A stretch of DNA of 63,884 nucleotides, filler included, from Reticulomyxa filosa (taxonomy: Eukaryota > Protista > Foraminifera): the NCBI GenBank assembly GCA_000512085.1. It is 20 parts of 20 records of this genome, joined end to end, with 100 filler letters (N's around TTAATTAATTAA, not from the genome) between each part and the next. Parts side by side here need not be neighbours in the genome. Positions count along the whole stretch, not along the records: positions 1 to 5,623 come from ASPP01005642.1; positions 5,724 to 9,495 come from ASPP01025269.1; positions 9,596 to 14,877 come from ASPP01021893.1; 17 more parts are not named here. One strand, written 5' to 3'. Shown one piece after another: positions 1 to 13,458 of this stretch; the stretch's first letter is position 1; every line of letters begins with the position of its first letter. A program made the translations under genes and the position numbers. Below the pieces are notes generated by a model, which was not told the DNA's origin, searched no databases, and saw nothing but the letters and a program-made list of their open reading frames with translations.

Positions 1-37
<37 letters not shown>

Positions 38-38
<1 letters not shown>

Positions 39-3000
39 AAAAACGTGTGCAAATGGAACAAGAGAACACAACACTGAAAAGTGAAATCGAAAAATTGGAA
101 AAACAAGTAGTTGAATTTGAAAAAAAGGTACAAGAGACCAAATCCCCCGAAGAAAATGGCGAAGACTTGAACAAACCAGAAGCGACACCGGATCCACAAG
201 AGCAAGAAAGAAGAAAATGGCCCAAAGAAATTCAAAAGCTCATGAAAGACTTGACTCAAAAAGCAGAACAAGATAGTGAATTTGCCAAAGCGGTGAGTGC
301 GCAAGTCATTGTGTTATTATGTTTTGTTTGAACTGATGTTTCGTACGATGTATACAATCGTCAAAAAACTATTTCAGGAAAATGCCAAGAAGTGGCAATA
401 CCAGGAAGTTTGCTATTGGCTCGATTTGATTGAATTTCCACAATATATTCCCGCTTTTGCCAAACATAAAATCGACGGAGAGATTATCCTAAGGGACATG
501 AGCGATACAATTTTGCATGAAGATTTGGAAGTGAGAAGATTCCATACAGGAAAAATTGTGAGGGAAATTCAAAAACTTAAACAGGTGTGAGCTGCAATGG
601 AAGACTTTTATTTGTTTAACATGCAATATATACATATACATATATGCATATGTCTACACGTTGTTCAACATTTTGATCGTTCTATAAATAAATAAATAAA
701 TACGTATACAGCAATGTGCCGAAGCTTTCTCCACTGCACCTCTTCTGGAGTTTGCATTTTTGCCAGGTATGCTCCTCAAACTGAATTCATGAAAGAAAAA
801 CAAGTGTTTTTGTTTGTATTTATTTCCACACCGACTCAACCTTTTTTTTTTTTGTTTTTGATTGGTTGATTAATTACAAACAGAAATATCAGCAAAAACA
901 CGTATCGGTCAATTAGAAGCGTCATTGTCCAAACTCGAGACAGAAAAGAAAGAAACGGAGGAGAAAATGGAAGAGCTGTTGCGTCGTCCGAAGATTGGCG
1001 AAAACGAAATGATAATAACGAAAGAAGAACACGAAAATCTCACCAAAGAATTGGGTCGACTGGCCGAGCAAGTGGATCGATTGGAAGAATCCCTGGCCGA
1101 GGCTAAGAAGCAAGCTGTTCCGGCACAAGAAGTGACTGCAAAAATGCAGGATGATGAAGTTACAAAACAATACATTACATTATATGTTATAATACGTCCA
1201 AACCTGTAAATAGTGACAACAAGCAATAAAATAAAATAAAAACAAACAAACGATTGTTGTTGCATTGATCATGATTGGGCAATAGAAATTCTTGAACGAA
1301 TTAGAAGAAAAAAAACGAAATAATCCTTCATTTGCAGTCGACCGAAATGTAAAGCAATGGAGAGAGGAAGAGGTTTGCTTTTGGATGAACCAAATCGGCT
1401 TCGGTGAATATGTACAAGATATTCGAGAGAAGAAGATCTTTGGTGACATATTGGTGACCGACATGGACAACGACATGTTAAGTCGCGAATTGGGCGTAAA
1501 ACGAATTCATATCAATTCGATTTTACGTGAAATCCAAGAATTAAAAAAGAGAGCTTTTGGATACCTGGAAGAGTCTCAGTTCGTTTTGGATATCAGTTAT
1601 GCGCCCGGAAGCGCAAATATGGAGCCAAGAGCGGTAGATCGATTTCGTGAGTATGAAACAAACATTGGACAATTGAAGCAACAATTGGCCACTCTCACCA
1701 CGCAATTGGAGGAGGTTAGCACAGTGAGCAAGTCCACATCGGACCAAAAAGAAGGTTAAGTCAATATCTCATTTTGCGTCTTTCTCTCCCTTTTATATAT
1801 ATATATATATATATACATATATGTACATATATGTATATAATTTGTTTTGGATGTGTCATCCACAGATTTACAAAAAGAAGTCGCGACTCTGCAGACAAGA
1901 TTGCAAGAGAAAGACACACAATTAGCTGCAAGCCAATCCGAAATTGAACACTTGAAAGAACTGTCCACAAAGGCGTTGGCGCTGCAAGCTCAGGAAAAAA
2001 TTGAAGAATTGAACAAAAAAGTGGAAGAGGCCAATAACGACTTTGAAAAAAGCAAAACGCAACTGATTGAAACCTATGAAAACAACAAGAAACAATTGCA
2101 ATCCCAAATCGATGCTATGACTTTGACACAAAACGAATTGAAACAAAATTTGGAAAATAAAGAAAAAGAATGTCATTCGCTGTCGATCCGAGTAGAGGAG
2201 CTCGAACAGGCAAAAGGCCAAAGAGACGAAATAGAAAGAAAAGAAACCAATTACTTGGATTCCTTGAAACAGAAAGCAGAACAAGATCCTTTGTTCGCCA
2301 ATCCCAAAAAAGCCAATAAATGGACCTTGGAAGAAGTGTCGCTATGGCTATTCCGTATTAATTCCAAAGAGTACATTGATGCTTTTAAGGCACATCGTGT
2401 GGACGGAAGCATGTTGTTGAATGATTTGAAGACCGAGGAATTGACAAAGGACATCGGAGTCCAAACATACCATGTTGGCAAAATTATGCGAGAAATTCAA
2501 AAACTAAAGGAAAATGCTGAGGCCATTTTGGTATGCGTATATATAATATGTCTTATTATTGTTTGTTTTGTTTGCAAACATAAATTGCACTATGTTTTCT
2601 TTTTTAATAAACTATGTCGCAATGATATAACCAAAACAGACCGTTTCAAACTTTTTTGATCTTTCAATTGCCGATCAATCACTTGGATTAGACCCTAATG
2701 AAGTCAAACAATTGCGATCTGATCTCGAAAATCAAGTGGCAATTAATGAAGCATTACGCACAGAAATTGCCTATTTGGAAAGAGAAATGAAAGAAACTCC
2801 AGGTGGTCCAGGCCAAAGTATTGACGAACACGACGAAGCCGAGTATGGAGAGAGAGATCGTGGTGTTGGCACTGTGGTTGTTAGACAGCCATCCATGGAT
2901 GATGTAAAAAGAGAACATGGCTCCAATAACACCAACAATGCCACTGCTGCTGCGCAAGTAAAGAGACTTGAAGAGGAGATTACTCGAATTGAAATATCAA

Positions 3001-3295
3001 AAATCAATTTGGCTATTGCATTGAACGAACAAATTGAATATCTGCGGTTTGTTTTTACTTTTCTTTTTTTTTTTTTAGTTATGTGAAAATTGATTTGGAC
3101 ATTGACCTGAAATTATCTTGCTTGTGTCATCGTAGAATTTGCGTTCGAGTGCTGATGAAAGAATATGAACACATTTCAGGAACCCCGTTTGGGTTAAATA
3201 GCGATCCTGTCATGTCTGTCCTCAATTATTTTGGTTTGGAAAAAACACAACGAAATCCTCATGGCGAAGGTCAGCAACGATCTCGACGACTCTGA
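38..3295 (+). CDS. Coiled-coil protein with three SAM domains (5'-partial, spliced)
   Basis: Exons join in frame across GT-AG introns: 38-292, 378-584, 712-766, 884-1158, 1286-1754, 1866-2530, 2640-3046, 3136-3295 (TGA). Three SAM signatures: W..EEV..WL..I....Y...F..H.IDG..L....L...LGV...H...I.REIQ.LK. Heptad-rich linkers between them. Confidence 0.85.
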
Positions 3296-3721
3296 ACATC
3301 CGTGTTCACATGGCCATTTCACATATCACTGTATTTTTTTAAAAAAAAAAAATAATCTATTTGCGTGCTATATGTTTTTGATTCTTTGCATGCGTTCCCC
3401 TCTTTGAGCATCTTTTTTCATTTTTGTGATTGATATACGCTATTTTTGATGCTTGTTATGTATTGTTTATCGTGATGTTTGATTGGATGTTTGCAAACTT
3501 TTTTTTCTGGGCGAAATGTTTGTTTTTTCTCATTGACAGTTGTAAAAAACTTGTTCTAATATTCACTTTACATAAGCACCGAATCAACACCCACAATGTT
3601 AATGTAATATGAATACACATGAGGGATAGTTTAAGTTTTTGTCAAATATACAACTCATGTTTGGAACTGATTTTAGTTCAAAAGGAGTGCCCTTTTTAAT
3701 TCAATTATAATCATATTATAA

Positions 3722-5525
3722 ATGGCGTCCAATGTTCAATTACCTCAAAAACGAAAAACACCAGAAGATAAAAATGAACCTGAACCTGAAAATGGTGGTC
3801 CTACGAGTTCGAAAAGACGAAAGATAAGTGCTACTCAACCTGTTTCAGCTGAAGATGAGCCCGAAGATACCACAGGATATTATACATTGCATCTAAACGA
3901 GAATATGATATTATATTCAGACGACCCAGTTTATGTTTTGTTTTTTTCCAATTTGGCTATTACCGATTTGTACTTAAGACAAAATAACAAAAAGCAACAA
4001 AACATATTTGAATTTGCTTTCATAAATAAAAAAATGGCACAGGCCACCCCTCGGAATGTGGATTGGCAATTTGAAGCTGACAATGAGCAAGACGCAAAAA
4101 ACAAAGAAAAAGAAAGCGAAAATGAGCCCAACTTGTTCTTAGTTCGAAACGCAGGTGAGACTAGCGAAAATATGAGAAAAGAAGGAGAAAAAAAAAATAA
4201 GGGAGGATATATGGACTTGATACGACAACGCTAATAATAATATTAATAAAAACAATAAAATGCAAGACAACCCTCCCGAGCAATCTAATAATTGGCTGCA
4301 ACTCCATAGCCACATAATAGAAAGAGCAGCAACAGCGCTGAAACAATCAAAAACTCCAATTTTCATTGTTGCTGGCGCCGGCATAGGCTGCGACAGGTTT
4401 CAACTTTTATTTGGTATCAAATTGAAATAAAATATATTTTGTTGTACATTTTCCATGTGTATATCTTGTATGTCAACAAAGTGGATACATCTATTGCATT
4501 AAAAAACAAGTTGTGAAAACAATAATAAAATAATAAAGTGGATTGCCCGATTATCGTAGCAAACATGGCTTTTGGAGGGATTACTTGCCCTTGAAACATT
4601 GCAACTTGTCGTTGTATGAAATGAGTCAATCGAATTGGTTTATCAATGATCCATTGACCGCCTGGGGTTTTTATTCGCATCGAAAATTTTTATATGAAAA
4701 AACATCGCCACATCATGGCTTTACAATTTTGAAAAATTGGATTGATCAAAGAGATTACTTTATTATGACGTCTAAGTTTGTTTGTTTTGTTTTTTGTATT
4801 GACGCGAACGAAGGACAACAGTAATCACTTTACTGTTAACAGTATTGATGGACAATTTATCAAAGCTGGTTTTCCACAAGATAAAATCTGGGAGACACAT
4901 GGAAGTTTGTTTTACCTTCAATGCTGTCAATTTTCAAATTGTGGCAATGATAGCGTGGTCAAGTTTAATCAAAACATTGATATTGATGAAACTACTTTCA
5001 AAGTCAAAGAGGAAAAGCAAGTTTGCATCTATTTGTTTGTTGTTATCTCATTTATTTGTTATCAATCGGGTATGTGGTTTAACATTCATTGACTACAGAT
5101 CCCAACCTGTATAAAATGTAAAGGCTTCATGCGTCCAAACGTCTCATTTTTTAAAGATACTTGCACAACTTTTAATGTAAGTTAAATAATATTGTATGTT
5201 GTCAATAATTTCAATCACTTTGCTTATTTGAAAACAGGCCATTCGAATCGCTGATCAAAAAAGTTCGTGCTTACAATGGCTATCACCTTTCATTAATGAT
5301 AAGAAACAGTTAATCGTAATTGAAATTGGTTGCGGAAATAGTATGCACAGTTTGCATTGGGAAGTTGAATTCCTATCTACTTTGAGTAACGTAACAATTA
5401 TTCGTATAAATCCATCTATTTCTAACAACAAAGAAACACAACGACAAACTGATAATCACATATTCTTAATGTCAGGAGCAAAACATGCGTTAGAAGCAAT
5501 TCAAAATAAAATTGAAAAAAACTAA
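3722..5525 (+). CDS. Sir2-family NAD-dependent deacylase (sirtuin), bacterial-type subfamily
   Basis: Exons 3722-3928, 4043-4154, 4267-4396, 4539-4775, 4843-5020, 5099-5176, 5238-5525 reconstruct AGAGIGCDSGLPDYR..GFW, TSNIDGQF.KAGF, HGSL..LQC, PTCIKC..MRPNV and IEIGCG. Basic NLS-like N-terminus (KRKTP, KRRK). Confidence 0.9.
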
Positions 5526-5623
5526 CAAATAACTTTTTTAATTTTTTAATAAATTATATTTACTAAGAAAACAAACTACTAAAAAAATTTTTTTTTACTA
5601 GTTGATAATTTAATATATCATTA

Positions 5624-5723
5624 NNNNNNNNNNNNNNNNNNNNNNNNNNNNNNNNNNNNNNNNNNNNTTAATTAATTAANNNNNNNNNNNNNNNNNNNNN
5701 NNNNNNNNNNNNNNNNNNNNNNN
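5624..5723. other. Artificial contig-joining spacer (N44-TTAATTAATTAA-N44), one of 19
   Basis: Identical 100-nt spacers start at 5624, 9496, 14878, 17566, 23228, 25667, 27008, 28418, 30111, 33511, 37310, 38591, 50968, 54213, 55465, 58634, 60422, 61642 and 62771. The 12-mer puts stops in all six frames. Confidence 0.99.
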
Positions 5724-7009
5724 TTATATGTATATGTATATAATATATAATGATATGTAATATGTTTGCAAAGGCATGGAAAGAAGCTTATCAAAAACCG
5801 GATTATGTAATCAACACGGATTTAGAGTTTAATAACAAGTATCGATTGATAGGCTTAAAGTCCTTTTGGGTTGGACTGTTTGACTTGCTGATATTGCTCT
5901 GTGGGGTGCTGTCGGTGTTGATAATGCCATTTCGATTGGCGGCGTTTGTGCGCTGTTTCCACGTGCACTGGGAGTCGTATTTGAAGGATCACTACAGCCA
6001 ATTGCGTGAGGCGCTGGTGATGAACTTGTTGCTCGCGTGTTACGAGTGGATCGCCATCCTCCATGTCATTGTGTTGGTGTTCATGTGGACGCGTTATTAT
6101 CATGTGTACGCTGGCTTCATCATTGCCATCAATGAAAAGGATCAGGTCGCCAAATATGGAAGCTATGTCGACGACTTGAAGTTTAATTTTATCGTACGTG
6201 CAGATCTCATCTACAATGTGTATCCGGGTTTGTTCGATTGGATTTCGATACTCGCGGCGTTGCTGGCTGCAATTCTTTGTCCGATCACAAGGTTTATATA
6301 CATATATGTACATATACATATATGTGTATGTATATGTTATAGCTCAGTACAAGCATGAACACAACATGCATGCATGTACATGTACATGTACATGTACGGG
6401 GGGGGGGATTATTAAAAAAAAAAAGATTAATTCCTTTTGTGAGATCGTTTTCAGCTTATCACGAAAAGTACTTAAAAGATGAGTACGCTGAATGGAGGTC
6501 GGCTTGCTTCGTCAGTTTGAGCTTAGTGGTGCTCGATTGGCTGACGCTGTTGGCGGGCGTGATTGCCATTTGCTCATTGATTCGTGCCATTCCGATGATT
6601 CAAGATGTACGTAGATACATTGAGAAAAGCCCAGACGCGTTTGGAAACTTCCGATCCGACCCGGATTGGGGCCTGCGTAAAATAGTGTGGAGACATTGTG
6701 GCTTTGTGTTTGTGGATATAATCTTTGTACCCATGTTTTTGGTCTGTCTGTGCTCCGTCTATCGTGGCATCGAGATTGTGTATTTGATCATACATACCAC
6801 GCAATGGACCGAGACACGCATGAACGTCATTCGCAAATGCATCTTTTTCAACTTCCTTAACTTGATCATCGACGTGGTCTTCTTTGCAGTTTTCCTCATC
6901 CCTGTCGTCGCCACTATGTATCGTCTCGGACCTTGGTGTTTGCAAGTGCGACACAGTTGGCGCGTCTTCTTTTACCAACAGCAGCTGCTCTTGGCCGACG
7001 CCAAAGCTG

Positions 7010-7050
<41 letters not shown>

Positions 7051-9495
7051 AAGAGCACCCCTCGTCGTCACCATTGACCACCGATGCCAAAACGGATGAA
7101 TACGAAAAAGAAAAGGAAGCTACAACTGCAACAGCTGCTACGACTACTACTACAGAGATACTGCCTATGAGTGAGTTTGCCTTGCACAAACAAGAACACT
7201 TGAAAACACCTCTGTTGACTCACAACACAAATTTTGATGAAGTTATTACAACGCATTTTCATGAAAATAACATAGAAACCAATGAACCCCAGTTTTATGG
7301 CTCTGTCAATATTCCTCATCCGAGTTAATATTACATATATACATATGTATTTATGTATATATGTATCTTTTTTTAAAAAAAATAAATAAATACATACATA
7401 CATATCTCAAATACAACAACAACAACAACAACAACAACAAAAGAACCATTGAAAGAACCCGAACTATCATTACGTATACATCTGGTAAGCAACGTGCTCG
7501 TCATCATAGCCGACGTTCTATTCACGATCCCATCGATTGCCATAGTAGTCGCCACTCTCTATCGAATCCCCATTTTGCGTGACATTTGGCTGGATAAGGG
7601 GACCGACACCAATACCAGCCACCGCACTCGTAACTATGGCAAATACTGCAAGTCTTACGACATGAACACCTTTGAAACGGGCCTGGATTTCTACGAGGCC
7701 GCCGCTGTTCATCGCTTCGAAACCTGGTTGCAAGCAGTGTACGTACTTTTGGATATCCCATGTCTGTTGGTGGCTATCATCGTTTATGTCACTATTTGGA
7801 GAGCGTCCACTTTGCACAAAGAATTGTGGACATTGACACGAGCAAGAGTTGAGTACTTTATATATATATATATATATATATACATATATGTATATACACA
7901 TATATATGTATATGTACATATATATATATGTATATATATGTATATACATATATATAAAAGGATCGAAGACGTGCCTCATTCCTTCAATTACTACTATTGT
8001 TTCGTGACTTGCTATTTGTGATTCCGTTTTTAATAATCGTGTGCACATTGTTCCGATTGCCGATGCTGGTGTTAGGATTTATGGGGAAAATGAAAAAGCC
8101 CTCGTTGGCACAGACGACGTTGGAAGTGACCGGATGTGACATGATATTTCCGGAAAAGGGGAAGCCGACGTTCCGAATAAAGGCGAGAAAGCCGAATAAT
8201 TTTGAAGTGCCCAGACATAGCAAATGCAGTTTGTTCGTGCTTGGTAAAAGGTTTTGGGAAGAGGTGGGGCTCAGATTTGGCGGGTCGATTGCCACGGCCG
8301 GACAAGGCATGCTCCCCAATACGATAGCAGACAAACGAGGAATGAATTACGAGGTATTGAATGTGGCAAGTAACGAAATTGAGTTTGACGTGCAAGTGCA
8401 GGCGCCGCAAGACATTAAGCGCAGCGCGATTCATAACAATCTGAAAACAATGTCTCCGGACGTGCCATTGTGTCTGCAATTGGAGAATTCCGAGGCGGGT
8501 ATTTTGTTCATTTTGATTTTGCAAATTCGAGATATGGTGGATTGTGCGGCGAGTGCTGACGGCATTGCGCATTTGACGAATCAACACTTCAATGCAGGGA
8601 CCAATCGGATCAATGAAGTGCGAGGGACAGAATATTCCGGAATTGTCGATTGCTTTTACATTTTGGTGGGAATGGAGTTTGTGAAGTGGTGCATCGACAT
8701 CTTCCACGTATGTCTATTCTTTGCACTCATCGCCATTCCGTGGAGATGGATACAGTGTGTAATCATCCTGCTCGAGCATCCCACCAAATGGTATGTGCGC
8801 ATCGACAATCAATGCATTGGCATGATGGAACATGCCCATGCTTTGTTCGTTCGATTGCACGACTTTTTATTCGAACCCACACTCAATGACTTGATCAAAG
8901 ACACGACGTTGAACATGAACTTGGAAGGTGTCATATCTCAACGATCCAATCATCAATCGCATGTCATCAACGAGTGGTGCGAACGCATGCGCAAAGGCTT
9001 TTACGAGTTTGAACAGGAACTCTTTGACGACGACTCCAATCGTCCTGTCGACAAATTAGACACCACTTTGCATATCGAAATGAACTTGGATACTTACGAC
9101 TACGTCGTCAAACACACTGCTCAAGCTCTCAGCAAAATCAAACCCAATCCTCCTGCCACCGCCGCTCTCATCAGCGACTTCTTCCAAATGCAAATGATCC
9201 TCTTCTGGCTCAAGTGCTTGCAGACCAACATCAACATGCGTCTCTTGGAAAACAGAATCTCCTGGGAACACCACGCCATGGTCCAGGAACAGATACATCT
9301 TCGCCAAGTCGAGTTCCGAACCCGCATGGACGGATTCCGCATGGTTATGCATGAAAGTCACGAACAAATGGTGGCTGAAAGCAAAGAGAAATCCAAAAAA
9401 AGCAAATGTTACAAATATATATATACATATACATATATATATATATATATGTATATACGTTATTGTGTGCATGTGCGCATGTTGCAAATCAAATC
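5724..9495 (+). CDS. Large multipass membrane protein with ten D/E-x15-17-R hydrophobic repeats (partial at both ends)
   Basis: ORFs 5750-6358, 6355-7077, 7074-7328, 7449-8021 and 7997-9547 are exons separated by TA/TATG-microsatellite introns. Repeated hydrophobic helices, a polyQ (CAA)n tract at ~7011-7050 and an apparent 1-nt frameshift just after it. Confidence 0.75.
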
Positions 9496-9596
9496 NNNNN
9501 NNNNNNNNNNNNNNNNNNNNNNNNNNNNNNNNNNNNNNNTTAATTAATTAANNNNNNNNNNNNNNNNNNNNNNNNNNNNNNNNNNNNNNNNNNNNC

Positions 9597-9722
9597 AATG
9601 ACAATGACAACGAAACAAAACAAAACTTGGACAAAAATTTGACATCTTCAACAAATTTTTTACCAAACAAAAAACATCCATCAGATCATTTAATCATTAA
9701 ATCAACATTAACGTTTATATAA
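9597..9722 (+). CDS. 3' end of an EEP (CCR4/nocturnin-like) phosphodiesterase-family gene
   Basis: Reads NDNDNETKQNLDKNLTSSTNFLPNKKHPSDHLIIKSTLTFI*. The terminal PSDH motif followed by a final beta-strand is characteristic of EEP domains. Confidence 0.6.
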   Translation, partial: NDNDNETKQNLDKNLTSSTNFLPNKKHPSDHLIIKSTLTFI

Positions 9723-11543
9723 AAAAAGAATTATAAAAATCCAAAACAAACGGCAGACAGTAAAAATAAAAATTCAATAAACTAAAAATTGAAAGAAAAA
9801 AAAACTAATGTTTTTTGATCAAAAATAAATTTAACAGGCAAATAAAAAAAATCAAACGAAATCTTTTATAGAAGCAATGCAATACGAAAATGTGGCCAAT
9901 TTCAAAACTAAAAGAAAAAGTCAAAGTAAAATACAAGAAAAGTAAAGTTTTGTTTATGAATTATCATGATTTGTACTTGTTTTAATTCAAAATGTGTTAG
10001 TCATAAAAACTACACGATTCGTATGTTTTTTCTTTTGATTAAATGTTGTTTTTTCACTGAAAAAATCAATCATCTTTATAAAGTCCAGTTTTACATGCTA
10101 ACTACTGTAAATCTAATTATAAATAATTCCAAAATAAATTTCATTGCAAGTTTGTACATAACATAAGCAATTGTTTTATTTTATTAAATAATTGAAGTTG
10201 TGAAATTATTAGTAAAATTGAGATGAATGTGAAATCCCAACACACAGACAAAAAAATACGTATCATTCTATCTAATTGATTTGTTAAGCAAACATAAAGT
10301 ATTTCTGTAATACTTTTTTTAGAAATATTTATGACAATTGCACTTTTCTTTAAAGGGATCATTCAAAAAGAATTCTATTTTAAAAATTTTATATTAATTC
10401 TAACAACTAAAACTACACATTATGTAGAATATCTATTTTCTTCATGAAAAAACAACATACATACATAACTGTTCAAAAATATATACGAATATTGTAGTTT
10501 TTAAATATAATTTTTTTATTGTATATATACTAATTGTTTGAAAAATTTAAATTTGATTTTTTAAATTTTTTTTGCTTTTGTATCAATTTTTTGGCTAATA
10601 ATTTAAAAATTAATTATTTTTTTTGCATAATCTATCATTTATCAAGCGATACTACAGTAGTTTGCAAAAAAAACTTACACCCAAAAAGGGTGATTTTTTA
10701 GTATTTTATATTTTTATTGAAAAGAGCTAAAGTAAAAATAATTTTGTAGATACATGTAACAAATCACATATTATATTTCATACATTTGTACTATCTTATC
10801 TCTTGTGTTTATTTGAAAGGTTATACATTCAATTTTTTTAGCTGGCTGTTACAGTATGACTTTTTTTTAACAAAAATTTTTTTACTATATCAAACTATAA
10901 AGAAAAAATAATCCATTTAACAAACGTTTAAACTTGTGTTTAAAAGAAGTTTTTATTTGTGATGCAAGGGTATGATGTCAGTTTTTTCCAGTTATCTTTG
11001 CAGTTTCAAACTTCTAAGTTACCAACCACATGACCACTAGCATGCGCATTTTATCATTCAAAATAGATTTTCTTCATAATCAATGCTTTTTGTTTATATT
11101 CCCGTTTGTTTGAAACTCTTTTTTCCAATTTTAGACAGTCATTATGCCAAAGCTGAAGTGTTTTTCCAATTTTTGCATAGACTTTCCGTTCAAAAGCATT
11201 TGCAAATCTCTTCACTTTGTAAACTCATCAAAGCGCTTCCCCATAATGCTTTTTACTTTCTTATGTGTTTATTGTTTTAAATTTTTTTGTTTGGTAAGAT
11301 AGTTGAAAAATAACAATATGTTCATAATATTTCGTATACTTTACAATTAAATTAAAATTGTTGCGATCCATATCCTACAATCAATCGATAATATAAAATT
11401 ATATATCAAAAACTTATTGATTATATTGTTTATTGCAAAAAATTAAGCTGATTGTCTCAAGGTTATTTAGAAAAAAGGCTTACCATGTTGACCGAAGACT
11501 ACTAGGTTTTTCTTTGAAAAGGGAAAAAAGAATCATCAGAAAA

Positions 11544-13308
11544 ATGTTTTCATTTTCTCGAATTATTGCTTGCAGTAATAATTTGATCAGCCGATCAATC
11601 AGGTCAACCCTAAACTTTAGCACTGTTGAGTGAAATTAGATTTTTGTTTGCGCTGTTGAATATTGGTTTTCACCTACACAAACAAAGCGCTCTCTGAAAA
11701 CCTCATGCTGTTATTCGGTGGAGACAGTGAAAATGTGGGGATACCCAGGAACAGACGATAACTATGCATATTTCATTATTGACAACAGTACTGAAAAGGC
11801 AATGGTAGTAGATCCTGCAGGTGATAAACAAAAAATCTACTACATGGCATTTTGTTTGTTGCAATTGTTCTTTTTTGAAAAACGAAAAGCAATGAAAATC
11901 TTGATGCACTTTAGCAACTGTGACTGTTGTGTTACTTGTGCAGTACACAAGCCACCAGTAATGGAAGCATGGCAACGGCTTAAAAAAAAATACATCAAAT
12001 TGGAAATGTGTGGTGTACTGACAACTCATAAGCATAAGTTTACATTCTCGAACGCCTTTTTGTTTATCGAGAGGCAATTCTCTAAGAAAACTGAACTTAT
12101 CAGTCCCTTTATAACGTTGTAACAAAAAAACAGAATACAACAAAATAAAATAAAATAAGTTAAAGGTGCTTGTTTTCTATAAATGAAGGGATCACAGTAA
12201 AGGAAACGGTGATATGAAAAAGGCGTTTCCTAACGTCAAAGTTTACGGTTGGCTTCTTTGGACAAATTTTGTTAAAAAAAACAAGCGAGTCGCTTCCATT
12301 GTCTGATAGTTTATTGTTCTACACTGTTTGTTTGTGTTATTTTTCAAAACAGGAGGAAAGCACGATAATATTGTATCTTATCTTGGAGAAGAAAATGTTT
12401 TCACCCATCCCTTAGTGGAAGGAGACTCAATTAACGTTTATTAGACACTTATATATACATATATATTAAATTAAAAGCAATTTGTCATGTAGTGCAATAT
12501 TTTTGTGAAACAACAAAAAAGTTGGGTGAAACCCAAATAAATGTTTTGGAAGTTCCATGCCATACCCGTGGACATGTATTGTATCACGTTTTTAACAAAG
12601 AAGACCATTCGAATCCTAGTATATTCACTGGAGACACACTTTTTGTGGGTTAATGCATTGTGTTTCGATTTTGTTGAGGTTACGCTAAGCAAGCGTGAAC
12701 AAAACATTACATCACATAGGCGGTGTAGGCCATTTCTTTGAGGGAACTGGAGAAGAAATGCTTAGAAATTTCCAAAAAATTGCCAAACTCCCAAAAACGA
12801 CTAAAATTTATTGTGGACACGAATATGCCATTGGAAATCTCCAGTTTGGGTTGTTTATCGAACCAAACAACCAAAAAATATCAGAAAAATTGAAATGGTG
12901 TCAGAACCAAAAAGCTCAAAGTTCTAAAGTTTTCACAACTTTTTTTATGTGTCTTATTTGATTTTGCTGTTTTCACTATTTGTTGTAACACTCCTTTTTA
13001 AAAAACAAAATCAAGATGATGGAGTATGTGTGCCATCCACTGTGGAGGATGAGGTGAATACTAATGTGTTTATGCGCACCAATATTTTGAAGGAAGCTAC
13101 GAAGCGTAAATGGACAGAGGCAATCAAATTTGTTTCATTGAGCAGCACACAGCAATTTGAGTTGAGTCCTGTCTTTAAACACATCAGTGTTGCTTTATTT
13201 TAATTTGTTATATTGTGGTCTATTATTGCATATAAAATAAACAGAACGGAAGGTGATACAATGACTGCATTACGACAGTTAAAGACCTCTGGTTTTCATA
13301 AAAATAGA
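11544..13308 (+). CDS. HAGH: Hydroxyacylglutathione hydrolase (glyoxalase II), probably mitochondrial
   Basis: Spliced motifs DNYAYFIID, VVDPA, THKHK|DH, PCHTRGH, FTGDTLF, GG.G.FFEG, YCGHEY and PSTVEDE..TNVFMR. The N-terminal exon is Arg/Ser-rich and lacks acidic residues, like a transit peptide. Confidence 0.9.
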
Positions 13309-13458
13309 TAAAGTAAAATTGTAAAAAAATCAAAATAAATACTCGATGAATTTAGCCTTTTTTTTTTAAACTGAAAATGAAAATTATCCTGTTTTTTCTT
13401 TAAATTTTGACTGTAGTGCTAATGTTTTTTAAAAATGGACTATCTAAGAGCAAAATTG

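Noticed and set aside
5855-9487. Long antisense ORFs over the membrane protein (and likewise over the ARM, INO1 and atp genes)
   Set aside because: They are shadow frames of GC-richer exons and trinucleotide repeats, with no motifs of their own.
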